Assembly (NCBI GenBank): GCA_038064295.1
Contig: JBBTTH010000021.1
Span: 1-38,094, forward strand
Length of the DNA stretch: 38,094 bases
Source of the DNA: Patescibacteria group bacterium
GTDB taxonomy: Bacteria; Patescibacteriota; Minisyncoccia; Phycocordibacterales; UBA6065
Direction of reading: 5' to 3'
The notes below the pieces were generated by a model. It searched no databases and was not told where the DNA came from. It worked only from the letters and a program-made list of their open reading frames with translations. Within the stretch, counting starts at the first letter, position 1. Every line of letters starts with the position of its first letter. Made by a program: the position numbers and the translations under genes. Below, piece by piece: positions 25,646 through 33,890 of the stretch.

Positions 25646-25707
25646 ACGCAGTACGCATTTTGCGCGCTTTTTTAGTTATTTATTCATTATTATTTATTTC
25701 TTTATTT

Positions 25708-26901
25708 ATGGCAGAATTCAATAGAACAAAGCCTCACGTAAACGTCGGTACTATCGGTCACGTTGACCACGGCAAGACCACTCTCACCGCTGCTATCCTG
25801 GCGACTCAAGCTCGAGATGGCTTGGCCAATCCAAAAGCCTATGCCGATATCGCCAAAGGAGGTACCATTCGCGACGCTTCTAAAATCGTGACGATCTCTC
25901 TCGCTCACGTTGAATATGAATCAGACACCCGTCACTATGCTCACATAGACTGTCCCGGGCATGCCGACTTCATAAAAAACATGATCACCGGCGCGGCTCA
26001 AATGGACGGCGCTATACTGGTGGTTTCCGCCATTGACGGTCCTATGCCTCAGACGCGCGAACACATTCTCCTGGCAAAACAAGTCGGTGTGCCTCGCATC
26101 GTCGTCTTCCTCAACAAATGCGACGCCGTGGACGACAAAGATTTGATTGATTTGGTAGAAGGCGAAGTGCGCGACCTCCTCACAAAATATGGTTTTGACG
26201 GGGCAAATACTCCGGTTATCCGCGGTTCCGCTCTCAAATCTCTGGAAGCCAAAGACAACAAAAACCCATGGACGACAAAGATAAAGGAATTAATAACTGT
26301 TTTGGACAGCTACATTCCTATGCCTGTGCGCGCAACAGACAAACCTTTTCTCATGCCCATAGAAGACATCTTCTCTATAGAGGGACGCGGTACGGTAGTT
26401 ACGGGTCGTATAGAACGCGGTCAAGTAAAAATCGGCGATGAAGTGGAAATCGTCGGTATAGAACCTACTTCAAAGACCGTCATTACCGGTATAGAAATGT
26501 TCAACAAACAGCTCCAATCAGGTATGGCGGGAGACAATGCTGGAGTATTGCTTCGCGGTACGGCCAAAGACGCTGTCCATCGCGGACAAGTTTTGGCAAA
26601 GCCGGGCACGACTACTCCCCATATAGAATTTGAAGCCGAGGTGCTCATCTTGAAGAAGGAGGAAGGGGGCCGACACACACCATTCTTCAATGGTTACAAA
26701 CCGCAGTTTTATGTACGCACGACCGATGTTACAGGTGAAGTAACCCTCAACCCAGGCGTTGAAATGGTCATGCCTGGAGACACCGTGGCATTCAAAGTAA
26801 AACTTCACGCTCCTATCGCTCTGGAAGAAAAACAGAGATTCGCTATCCGCGAAGGTGGCAAGACTGTCGGTGCCGGTGTTGTGACAAAGATAACGAAATA
26901 A
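25708..26901 (+). CDS. tuf: Elongation factor Tu.
   Basis: [33 protein letters not shown] and NKCD are present. The start is taken at ATG 25708. Confidence 0.97.
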   Translation: MAEFNRTKPHVNVGTIGHVDHGKTTLTAAILATQARDGLANPKAYADIAKGGTIRDASKIVTISLAHVEYESDTRHYAHIDCPGHADFIKNMITGAAQMDGAILVVSAIDGPMPQTREHILLAKQVGVPRIVVFLNKCDAVDDKDLIDLVEGEVRDLLTKYGFDGANTPVIRGSALKSLEAKDNKNPWTTKIKELITVLDSYIPMPVRATDKPFLMPIEDIFSIEGRGTVVTGRIERGQVKIGDEVEIVGIEPTSKTVITGIEMFNKQLQSGMAGDNAGVLLRGTAKDAVHRGQVLAKPGTTTPHIEFEAEVLILKKEEGGRHTPFFNGYKPQFYVRTTDVTGEVTLNPGVEMVMPGDTVAFKVKLHAPIALEEKQRFAIREGGKTVGAGVVTKITK

Positions 26902-26909
26902 GACTTTAT

Positions 26910-27302
26910 ATGGCCGAAGCAACAAAAGCCGAAACAACAAAGAAGGCGGTAGTCAAAAAACCAAAAGCAATAAAGGTGCCAAAAATAGAGGCTCCTGTTC
27001 CGCGCTTGCGCATCAGGGTTCGCGCTTATGAGAATAAAGTTTTGGATGCTTCGGTCAAGCAAATCATAGATACAGCTCTCCGTTACGATGTCGTGGTCAT
27101 CGGTCCGGTTCCGCTTCCTACAGAAATCAAAAAATATACTGTAAACCGTTCGGCATTCGTCTACAAAAACGCCCGCGAACAGTTTGAAATGAGGGTGCAC
27201 AAGAGGCTGATAGACATTCTGAATCCAAATGCCAAAATCATAGAGGCTCTGACGAATATGTCATTGCCTAGCGGGGTGAATATAGATGTAAAGATGATTT
27301 AG
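26910..27302 (+). CDS. rpsJ: 30S ribosomal protein S10 with a roughly 30-aa Lys-rich N-terminal extension.
   Basis: The core is LRIRVRAYENKVLD...GPVPLPT...FEMRVHKRLIDI. Confidence 0.95.
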   Translation: MAEATKAETTKKAVVKKPKAIKVPKIEAPVPRLRIRVRAYENKVLDASVKQIIDTALRYDVVVIGPVPLPTEIKKYTVNRSAFVYKNAREQFEMRVHKRLIDILNPNAKIIEALTNMSLPSGVNIDVKMI

Positions 27303-27310
27303 GGAAATAC

Positions 27311-27357
27311 TTGACTATAAAAAGTGGCAGGTATATGATAATTTCATACATTATCAT
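27311..27357 (+). promoter_or_regulatory. Putative TA-module promoter TTGACT-17-TATGAT with an overlapping operator-like inverted repeat ATGATAAT-N7-ATTATCAT.
   Basis: The hexamers are at 27311-27316 and 27334-27339. The inverted repeat is at 27335-27342 / 27350-27357, 20 nt upstream of the antitoxin ATG. Confidence 0.55.
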
Positions 27358-27376
27358 GTAATTTAATATAAGTATT

Positions 27377-27595
27377 ATGACCACTATATCTATACCCATA
27401 ACGTCGAAACAGGAAAGCTTCATCAAGTCCCTTATCAAGAGAGGAACGGTTGCCAACAAGGCTCATGCCGTACGTCGAGCCCTCGATCTCATGGCCGAGG
27501 AAGAAGTTGTTCTACGTGTGCTCAAATCTCAACAGGAGGCGAAAGAAGGAAAAATACTTCGTGGCAATTTGGATGATCTTGTAAAACTCTTCTAA
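27377..27595 (+). CDS. Type II antitoxin, probable ribbon-helix-helix (CopG/ParD-like).
   Basis: It is 72 aa. The N-terminal beta-strand TISIPITSKQ is followed by helices (..AHAVRRALDLMAEEE). Its stop is immediately followed by the toxin ATG. Confidence 0.65.
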   Translation: MTTISIPITSKQESFIKSLIKRGTVANKAHAVRRALDLMAEEEVVLRVLKSQQEAKEGKILRGNLDDLVKLF

Positions 27596-27853
27596 ATGAT
27601 TTCAATTTCTTATACACCATCTTTCCTAAAACAGGCGAAATCTCTCGAAAATGAGGTGTATCAGAATTTAAAGAAAAAAATTGAGCTGTTTAAAAATCCA
27701 CAAAATCATAAAGTTTTGAAAGTTCACAAGCTTCACGGCAGACTCGGTGACTGTTACGCGTTTTCTGTTACACATAGCACGAGAGTTATTTTTGAATACA
27801 CCGCAAAATCCGAGGTTTTATTTCATGACGTAGGTGGTCATGATATATATTGA
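27596..27853 (+). CDS. Type II toxin of the RelE/ParE superfamily.
   Basis: It is 85 aa. KLHGRLGDCYAFSVTHSTRVIFEY....VLFHDVGGHDIY fits the RelE/ParE C-terminal pattern (L.G....Y...v....R.i......v....vg.H...Y). Confidence 0.65.
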   Translation: MISISYTPSFLKQAKSLENEVYQNLKKKIELFKNPQNHKVLKVHKLHGRLGDCYAFSVTHSTRVIFEYTAKSEVLFHDVGGHDIY

Positions 27854-27866
27854 TATATTCAATCGT

Positions 27867-27895
27867 TTGCATTATTTTGGGCCTTGGTGTAGTAT
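27867..27895 (+). promoter_or_regulatory. Putative promoter TTGCAT-17-TAGTAT that would re-initiate transcription into rplC.
   Basis: Hexamers and spacing were read directly from the sequence. It lies between the toxin stop and rplC. Confidence 0.35.
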
Positions 27896-27980
27896 TTTTG
27901 GCACTGAAGCGATTGCTTCTTTTTAGTTTTAAAAGTATTTTGAGAGCCTACGGAACCCCCAGCTCCGCGCTCGCGCACAC

Positions 27981-28631
27981 ATGAAATTCATTCTCGGCAC
28001 AAAGAAGAATATGACACAGATTTTTGACGCCACCGGGCGGGCATATCCGGCGACTATATTGTCGGCTGGTCCTGTGATCGTGACTCAAGTAAAAACAACA
28101 GCAACTGACGGCTATGATGCGATCCAGGTCGGTTTTGGCGAACAAAAAGAGCAGAGGCTCGGCAAGGCTGTTGTGGGACACTTGAAAGCGGCCATTGCGG
28201 CTGGCGGTTTCGGTGCTCGCGGTAACTTTCGCTACATGAGCGAATTCCGACTGTCGGCAGAAGAAGTCGCAAAATTCAAAGTCGGTGATCGTGTTGATCT
28301 CTCAACATTTAGAGAAGGCGATTCTGTCTCTGTGCGTTCATTGTCAAAAGGCAAAGGTTTTCAGGGAGCCGTAAAGAGACACCACTTTAGAGGAGGCAGT
28401 CGCACTCACGGTCAAAAACATTCCGAGCGCGAGGTTGGTTCCATCAATGGTGGCGGCCGCGTAGGCAGTGGTCGTGTGGCCAAAGGCAAGCGCATGCCGG
28501 GGAGAATGGGCGGGGATATGGTCACGGTACAAAATTTAAAGATTCTACAAATTCATCCTGAAACAAATGAATTGGTCGTGCATGGATCAATACCGGGTAA
28601 CAGAGGAGTTCTGGTTTCTATTGTTGCTTAA
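27981..28631 (+). CDS. rplC: 50S ribosomal protein L3.
   Basis: ILGTKKNMTQIFD...GKGFQGAVKRHHF.GG..THG matches the L3 pattern. Confidence 0.95.
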   Translation: MKFILGTKKNMTQIFDATGRAYPATILSAGPVIVTQVKTTATDGYDAIQVGFGEQKEQRLGKAVVGHLKAAIAAGGFGARGNFRYMSEFRLSAEEVAKFKVGDRVDLSTFREGDSVSVRSLSKGKGFQGAVKRHHFRGGSRTHGQKHSEREVGSINGGGRVGSGRVAKGKRMPGRMGGDMVTVQNLKILQIHPETNELVVHGSIPGNRGVLVSIVA

Positions 28632-28640
28632 TTTAAATAT

Positions 28641-29393
28641 ATGACTAAAACAACAAAAGAAAAAAAAGTAGCAAAAATCGCAAAAACTTCAAAAATTGCG
28701 ACTGCAAAAACTCCAAAAACGGCGCATACTACGGAAGCTACCATTTATAACACAAAAGGCGCATCTGTCGGCACTGCTCCTCTTCCCGAAAAAATTTTCG
28801 GTTTGCCTTGGAATGCCGATTTGGTTCATCAAGTCATGCATTCCATGATGTCTAGTGCTCGCCAACCTATCGCTCATACAAAAACTCGCGGGGAAGTGCG
28901 GGGAGGCGGCAAAAAACCTTGGAGACAAAAAGGCACCGGTCGCGCTCGCCACGGTTCCACTCGTTCACCGCTCTGGATCGGTGGAGGTGTCGCTCACGGT
29001 CCCAGAAAAGACAAGAATTACGACAGAAAAATAAATAAAACCATGAAAACCAAGGCTTTCATGACCCTGCTTTCAAAGAAATGGAAGGATGGCGAAATAC
29101 TGTTTGTGGATTCACTCTCTTTTTCGTCCCCAAAGACAACCGAGGCAAAAACAGTTCTCGTTTCTCTGGCCAAAGTAGCCGGTTTTGAAAAACTTTCAAC
29201 AAAACCAAAGAACGCGGTATTTATATCTCTGGCCAAAAAGGACATCAATGTGGAAAAAAGTTTTAGAAATATCGGTTCCGTCTCTCTGGATGAAACGAGA
29301 AATCTGAATTTGCTGGATGTCTTGAATCATAAATTCATAATCATTGAGAATCCGGTTGAATCAATGAAAGCTCTGGAAAATAAAATCCAATAA
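28641..29393 (+). CDS. rplD: 50S ribosomal protein L4 with a Lys/Thr-rich N-terminal extension.
   Basis: GGGKKPWRQKGTGRARHGS matches the L4 pattern. Confidence 0.95.
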   Translation: MTKTTKEKKVAKIAKTSKIATAKTPKTAHTTEATIYNTKGASVGTAPLPEKIFGLPWNADLVHQVMHSMMSSARQPIAHTKTRGEVRGGGKKPWRQKGTGRARHGSTRSPLWIGGGVAHGPRKDKNYDRKINKTMKTKAFMTLLSKKWKDGEILFVDSLSFSSPKTTEAKTVLVSLAKVAGFEKLSTKPKNAVFISLAKKDINVEKSFRNIGSVSLDETRNLNLLDVLNHKFIIIENPVESMKALENKIQ

Positions 29394-29402
29394 TATAAAT
29401 AT

Positions 29403-29858
29403 ATGGCTCTATTTTGGCAAAAAGGAAATAAAGGGGTAGTTGTTGCAAAGCCTGAAAAGGCGATAAAAAAGCCTATGACAAAGGTTTCGGTAAAAATGCC
29501 AAAGAAATTGGAAAAGAAATTGCCTGTAAAGACTGAAAATTTGACCGAAAAACGCACCGCGGCTGTCGCCGGCGGGGTTATTTTTGAAAAAGGTTCGGCC
29601 ATCATAAAACCCCGTGTTACGGAAAAAGCAGGCTGGCTCGCCGAAAGAGGCGTTTACACTTTTGAAGTTTTGAAGAGCGCCAATTCACAACAAATCAGTT
29701 TGGCTATCAAGGAAGCATACAAGGTCACGCCGGTAAAAATTTCCATTGCTCCCATAAAATCAAAAACCATGTTTGCTCGCGGAAAATCTGGTAGGACAGT
29801 TTCCGGCAAGAAAGCTTATGTCTATTTGAAGAAAGGTGAAAAAATAGAATTTATCTAA
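29403..29858 (+). CDS. rplW: 50S ribosomal protein L23 with a roughly 55-aa Lys-rich N-terminal extension.
   Basis: IIKPRVTEKA...YTFEV...ANSQQISLAIKEAYKV.P matches L23, and it sits between rplD and rplB. Confidence 0.9.
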   Translation: MALFWQKGNKGVVVAKPEKAIKKPMTKVSVKMPKKLEKKLPVKTENLTEKRTAAVAGGVIFEKGSAIIKPRVTEKAGWLAERGVYTFEVLKSANSQQISLAIKEAYKVTPVKISIAPIKSKTMFARGKSGRTVSGKKAYVYLKKGEKIEFI

Positions 29859-29867
29859 TCAAAATTT

Positions 29868-30722
29868 ATGAAATCATATAAACCAACCAGCCCGTCCAGA
29901 CGTGGCATGCAGACCATAAACTTCAAAGAATACATCACAAAGAAAAATCCTTTGAAAGCTCTGACCTATGGTTGCAAACGCGATGTGGGACGCAATGCTT
30001 TCGGTCGTGTCACGGTGCGTCATAAAGGGGGGGGACACAAGCGTCTCTATCGTGAAATATCTTTTGCGTACGACAAACTGGATATACCGGCAAGCGTTCA
30101 GTCGGTAGAGTACGACCCAAATCGTTCCGGTTTTATCGGTTTGGTGGCATATCGCGATGGCGAGAGACGTTATGTTTTACTGCCGAAATCCGTGAAAGTC
30201 GGCGCCTCGGTTATTTTCAGCCCCAATGCTTCGGTAGAAGCCGGCAATGCTCTGCCTCTGAAGAAAATTCCCGTAGGCACGTATATTTATAATATTGAGT
30301 TGAAGCCGAAAGGCGGAGCCAAAGCTGCCCGCGCCGCCGGCATATTCGCTCAAGTCATAGGTAACGATGCCGGTTATACACAGGTCAAGATGCCTTCAAC
30401 GGAAATCCGCAGAGTTCACGAAGAATGCTATGCAATGATTGGTCAGGTATCAAACGACGAACACTGGCTCATCAATTCCGGCAAAGCTGGACGTTCCAGA
30501 TGGCTCGGTATCCGTCCGACTGTTCGCGGTTCGGCTCAAAACCCGGTAGACCACCCATACGGCGGAGGTGAAGGACGACAGGGCAGAGGTCTGCGCCGTC
30601 TCAAGACTCGCTGGGGCAAGCCGTCAGGCAAAGGCCAAAAGACGAGGACGCCAAAGAAATACTCCAATGTCTTTATTGTTGCTCGCAGAAAAGTTGGCAA
30701 GGACAGAAATTCAATTCAATAG
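29868..30722 (+). CDS. rplB: 50S ribosomal protein L2.
   Basis: RHKGGGHKR and VRGSAQNPVDHPYGGGEGR match the L2 pattern. Confidence 0.97.
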   Translation: MKSYKPTSPSRRGMQTINFKEYITKKNPLKALTYGCKRDVGRNAFGRVTVRHKGGGHKRLYREISFAYDKLDIPASVQSVEYDPNRSGFIGLVAYRDGERRYVLLPKSVKVGASVIFSPNASVEAGNALPLKKIPVGTYIYNIELKPKGGAKAARAAGIFAQVIGNDAGYTQVKMPSTEIRRVHEECYAMIGQVSNDEHWLINSGKAGRSRWLGIRPTVRGSAQNPVDHPYGGGEGRQGRGLRRLKTRWGKPSGKGQKTRTPKKYSNVFIVARRKVGKDRNSIQ

Positions 30723-30734
30723 CAAATCAATAGC

Positions 30735-30838
30735 AAAAAAAAGCGGCGGATATAGTTCTGCGCTACTCGGAACGGGACCCGCTCCCAGAGTCTCGCCCCC
30801 GTTCCTGCGCTGCTCGAACTATATCCGCCGCTTTTTTT
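30735..30838 (+). terminator. 104-nt extended hairpin flanked by A8/T7 runs (family 1, copy 2). It is terminator-like.
   Basis: The arm gcggcggatatagttc (30743-30758) pairs with 30816-30831. The inner helix is ggaacggg/cccgttcc. The arms are homologous to the 25511-25611 element, with compensatory changes. Confidence 0.7.
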
Positions 30839-30847
30839 GAAAAAAGT

Positions 30848-30875
30848 TTGACTTCTCCTAGACTTCTGATAAACT
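30848..30875 (+). promoter_or_regulatory. Putative promoter TTGACT-16-TAAACT followed by a roughly 150-nt structured leader before rpsS.
   Basis: It starts 10 nt after the hairpin T-run. The leader holds long-range pairing gctcgg..taggc (30888-) with gccta..ccgagc (-30989), enclosing the hairpins ctagg-gttaaa-cctag and gttgc-gcata-gcaac. Confidence 0.45.
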
Positions 30876-31033
30876 GTCAAAACCAGCTCGGAATAGGCAC
30901 TATGACTTATTTCTAGGGTTAAACCTAGATTTTTGTTTTCTGTAAGTATTTAGTTGCGCATAGCAACCATAGCCTAGACGCCCGAGCCGTAGTTTGTTTT
31001 GCAATTTACTGCAACCGCACGAATACAACATAA

Positions 31034-31390
31034 ATGACACGATCCCTCTCAAAAGGACCATACGTAGACGAGCGAGTGCTTTCAAAGATCGCAGGCAAAA
31101 AACCGCAGGAAACCGGGGTGATAAAAACATGGATTCGCGCCTGCCAGATTTCCCCGGAGATGGTGGGCTTTAAATTCGGGGTGCACAACGGTCGTGAATT
31201 CGTCGAGGTCCTGGTATCGGAAGACATGGTTGGACACAGGCTCGGCGAATTTTCTTTGACCCGCAAGTTTACCAAACACGGAGGCAAAATGCAGAAAGAG
31301 CTGGAACAGAAGAAAAAAGAAGGCGAAATCGCCGCCGCCCAGGCAGCAAAGAGCGCCGTTGTCGAGAAAAAAACCGCTGCCGCTAAATAA
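31034..31390 (+). CDS. rpsS: 30S ribosomal protein S19 with a roughly 30-aa Lys/Ala/Glu-rich C-terminal extension.
   Basis: MTRSLSKGPYVD...GVHNGREF..V.V.E.MVGHRLGEF matches the S19 pattern. Confidence 0.95.
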   Translation: MTRSLSKGPYVDERVLSKIAGKKPQETGVIKTWIRACQISPEMVGFKFGVHNGREFVEVLVSEDMVGHRLGEFSLTRKFTKHGGKMQKELEQKKKEGEIAAAQAAKSAVVEKKTAAAK

Positions 31391-31395
31391 AACAT

Positions 31396-31764
31396 ATGGT
31401 CACCGCATCCCTCGCAAATTATCGCCAGTCTCCCCGAAAAGTCCGCCTGGTGGCGTCTCTGATCCGGGGGAAAACGGTGTCACGAGCTCTGGACATGCTC
31501 GGCGTCACGACCAAGCGCGCTTCTGACCCGCTCATAAAGCTCATACGGTCCGCCCTGGCCAACGCAAAGGACCGCGGCATATCAGCTGACGGGCTGGTCA
31601 TAAAGGAATGCTCTGTCAATCAGGGCCTCACCATGAAACGCATGATGCCGGGCGCGCGAGGCAGCGGTTTCGCCATCAGGAAGAAGACGAGCCACGTCAA
31701 GCTAGTTTTGGATATAAAAAACGCAAAGACGAAAGCGCCAAAAATTTCAGCGAACAAAAAATAA
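31396..31764 (+). CDS. rplV: 50S ribosomal protein L22.
   Basis: YRQSPRKVRLVASLIRGK matches L22, and it sits between rpsS and rpsC. Confidence 0.95.
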   Translation: MVTASLANYRQSPRKVRLVASLIRGKTVSRALDMLGVTTKRASDPLIKLIRSALANAKDRGISADGLVIKECSVNQGLTMKRMMPGARGSGFAIRKKTSHVKLVLDIKNAKTKAPKISANKK

Positions 31765-31765
31765 C

Positions 31766-32434
31766 ATGTCGCACACCGTACACCCATATGCGCACAGACT
31801 CGGCATCATCAGGGATTGGAAATCCCGATGGTTTGCCCCGCGCGGCAAGTATCAGGAATTTTTGAAATCGGATGTCCTCCTGCGTGAATATTTTTCAAAG
31901 AAATTTCGCGGCATGTATGTTTCCGACATAGGCATAGAGCGCAACGAAAAAGCCATCCGCATCATCATCCGCACATCGCGTCCAGGTATTCTCATTGGCA
32001 GACAAGGCGAGGGGGCGGTGAAATTACGCGCTGAAATCTTGGCCTTCATGCAGAAAAACGGCTCAAAATTGCTCAAAAATCAGGAATTGAAAATTGACAT
32101 AGAAGAAATTCGCTCTCCGGAGTCAAATGCCTCTATTGTCGCTTACATGATTGCCGAGAGTTTGGAAAAACGCTTGCCTTTCCGCCGTGTCATGAAGCAG
32201 ACCATAGAAAAAGTGATGGCTAATCGAGATGTAAAGGGTGTTCGCGTATTTCTCGGTGGTCGTTTGGGGGGTGCTGAAATGGCTCGCGTTGAAGACATGA
32301 AGAAAGGCCAAGTGCCCCTCCAGACATTTCGCGCCGATATTGATTTCGCTCGTGAAAAAGCTCACATGACGTACGGCGATATCGGCATAAAGGTCTGGAT
32401 ATACAAAGGCGAAGTTTTCAATAAAAAAGCCTAG
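31766..32434 (+). CDS. rpsC: 30S ribosomal protein S3.
   Basis: HPYAHRLGI...W.SRWF and the KH domain GILIGRQGEG match the S3 pattern. Confidence 0.95.
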   Translation: MSHTVHPYAHRLGIIRDWKSRWFAPRGKYQEFLKSDVLLREYFSKKFRGMYVSDIGIERNEKAIRIIIRTSRPGILIGRQGEGAVKLRAEILAFMQKNGSKLLKNQELKIDIEEIRSPESNASIVAYMIAESLEKRLPFRRVMKQTIEKVMANRDVKGVRVFLGGRLGGAEMARVEDMKKGQVPLQTFRADIDFAREKAHMTYGDIGIKVWIYKGEVFNKKA

Positions 32435-32465
32435 AATAAGCCAGAGTTAAATTTTTTAAACCAAA

Positions 32466-32891
32466 ATGCTAGTCCCAAAAAAAGTTAAATACAGAAAGTG
32501 GCACGTCATGAGGAAAAATCCCCTGAAAGTCGGCTTTGATACGCGTGGCACGGTGCTTTCTTTCGGTTCTTTCGGCATCAAAGCGACATCGGCCGCCCGC
32601 ATCAAGTCCGAACAGATTGAATCGGCTCGCAAAGTGCTATCCCGGGAAATAGGCAAAAACGGCAAACTCTGGATTCGCATTTTTCCCGATATGCCTTATA
32701 CTCAAAAGCCAGCTGAAGTAAAACTCGGTAAAGGCAAGGGAGATCTGGTCGGTTATTGCGCTCCGGTACGCGCCGGGCGGGTAATATTTGAAGTTGACGG
32801 CGTGGACGAGGCGACCGCTCGCGAGGCTCTGCGAAAAGCCGGCAGCAAATTACCCGTCAAATCCATGATTATTTCCAGAGAACTCCTGTAA
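32466..32891 (+). CDS. rplP: 50S ribosomal protein L16.
   Basis: MLVPKKVKYRK...FG..GIKA...RI...QIE.AR match the L16 pattern. Confidence 0.95.
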   Translation: MLVPKKVKYRKWHVMRKNPLKVGFDTRGTVLSFGSFGIKATSAARIKSEQIESARKVLSREIGKNGKLWIRIFPDMPYTQKPAEVKLGKGKGDLVGYCAPVRAGRVIFEVDGVDEATAREALRKAGSKLPVKSMIISRELL

Positions 32892-32926
32892 TTTCAAGTT
32901 TAATTTCAAAATTTTTTAAAAAATAT

Positions 32927-33214
32927 ATGTCAATTTTCACCAAAAAAACAAAAACGCCGGAAGCAAAATCTGAAACACAGGCAAAAACTCAGAACGGAAG
33001 AACCGTCCGCGGTATTGTCGTATCTACAAAAATGAAAGACACAATCGTCGTCCGTGTAAATCGTTTTGTCAAAGTGCCAAAGTACGAGAGATTCATGAAA
33101 ATTTCAAAAAAGTACAAAGCGCATGATGCGGGTAATATCAAAAAAGAAGGAGAAACGGTTACTATAGTTCCATGCGCGCCGATTTCTAGAGACAAGCATT
33201 TTAGAGTAGTTTAA
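32927..33214 (+). CDS. rpsQ: 30S ribosomal protein S17.
   Basis: GIVVSTKMKDTIVVRV.R.VKVPKYERF....KKYKAHD matches the S17 pattern. Confidence 0.93.
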   Translation: MSIFTKKTKTPEAKSETQAKTQNGRTVRGIVVSTKMKDTIVVRVNRFVKVPKYERFMKISKKYKAHDAGNIKKEGETVTIVPCAPISRDKHFRVV

Positions 33215-33235
33215 TTTTCTTATAATAAAACTGTC

Positions 33236-33607
33236 ATGTTGCAACCACGATCAATAGTAAAAATAGCGGATAATTCTGGAGCCAAAATCGGTCGTATTTT
33301 CAAAGTATTGGGAAGCGCGGCCAAGAGATATGCTTATATAGGCGATATTGTCGTTTTGTCTGTCCAAAAAGCCGAGCCGAGAAAAGCCGTAAAGAAAAAA
33401 GATGTTTTGCATGCTGTCGTCGTACGTACGGTGAATGCCACAAAGCGCGCCGATGGGTCATATGTTCGTTTTGATGAAAATGCGGTGGTCATACTGGAAA
33501 AAGGCAAGATGGAGCCCATAGCTGGTCGCGTTTTCGGCCCGATTCCCAGAGAAATTGCCGAAAAAGGTTTTAAAACTATCGCGGCCCGCGCCGCCGAAGT
33601 CATCTGA
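33236..33607 (+). CDS. rplN: 50S ribosomal protein L14.
   Basis: MLQPRSIVKIADNSGAK...RFDENAVV match the L14 pattern. Confidence 0.97.
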   Translation: MLQPRSIVKIADNSGAKIGRIFKVLGSAAKRYAYIGDIVVLSVQKAEPRKAVKKKDVLHAVVVRTVNATKRADGSYVRFDENAVVILEKGKMEPIAGRVFGPIPREIAEKGFKTIAARAAEVI

Positions 33608-33638
33608 TTCATTTAATATGGAAAAATCATAAAAATAT

Positions 33639-33869
33639 ATGCATATAAAAAAAGGAGACAAAGTGATCGTCATAGCGGGAAAAGACAAGGGCCGGTCAGG
33701 CGAAATAGTCTTTGCCATACCAAAGGGTAACAGGGTGGTCGTCGCCGGCGTAAATAAATCAAAACGGCACTTGAAGCCGAAGAAACAAGGGTCAAAAGGC
33801 CAGATTATAGAAAAAGAAATGCCTCTCCACGCGTCAAATGTGAAACTGATTTCAAGAGTTTCAAAATAA
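33639..33869 (+). CDS. rplX: 50S ribosomal protein L24 (short form).
   Basis: [23 protein letters not shown] (KOW motif) matches L24, and it sits between rplN and rplE. Confidence 0.9.
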   Translation: MHIKKGDKVIVIAGKDKGRSGEIVFAIPKGNRVVVAGVNKSKRHLKPKKQGSKGQIIEKEMPLHASNVKLISRVSK

Positions 33870-33890
33870 TAATTTTTATATGCAAATTTT

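Noticed and set aside
30027-30034. G8 homopolymer, considered as a second phase-variable tract.
   Set aside because: It lies inside rplB and encodes the universally conserved KGGGH motif (aaa ggg ggg gga cac). A frameshift here would inactivate an essential gene, so it is coding constraint and not a switch.
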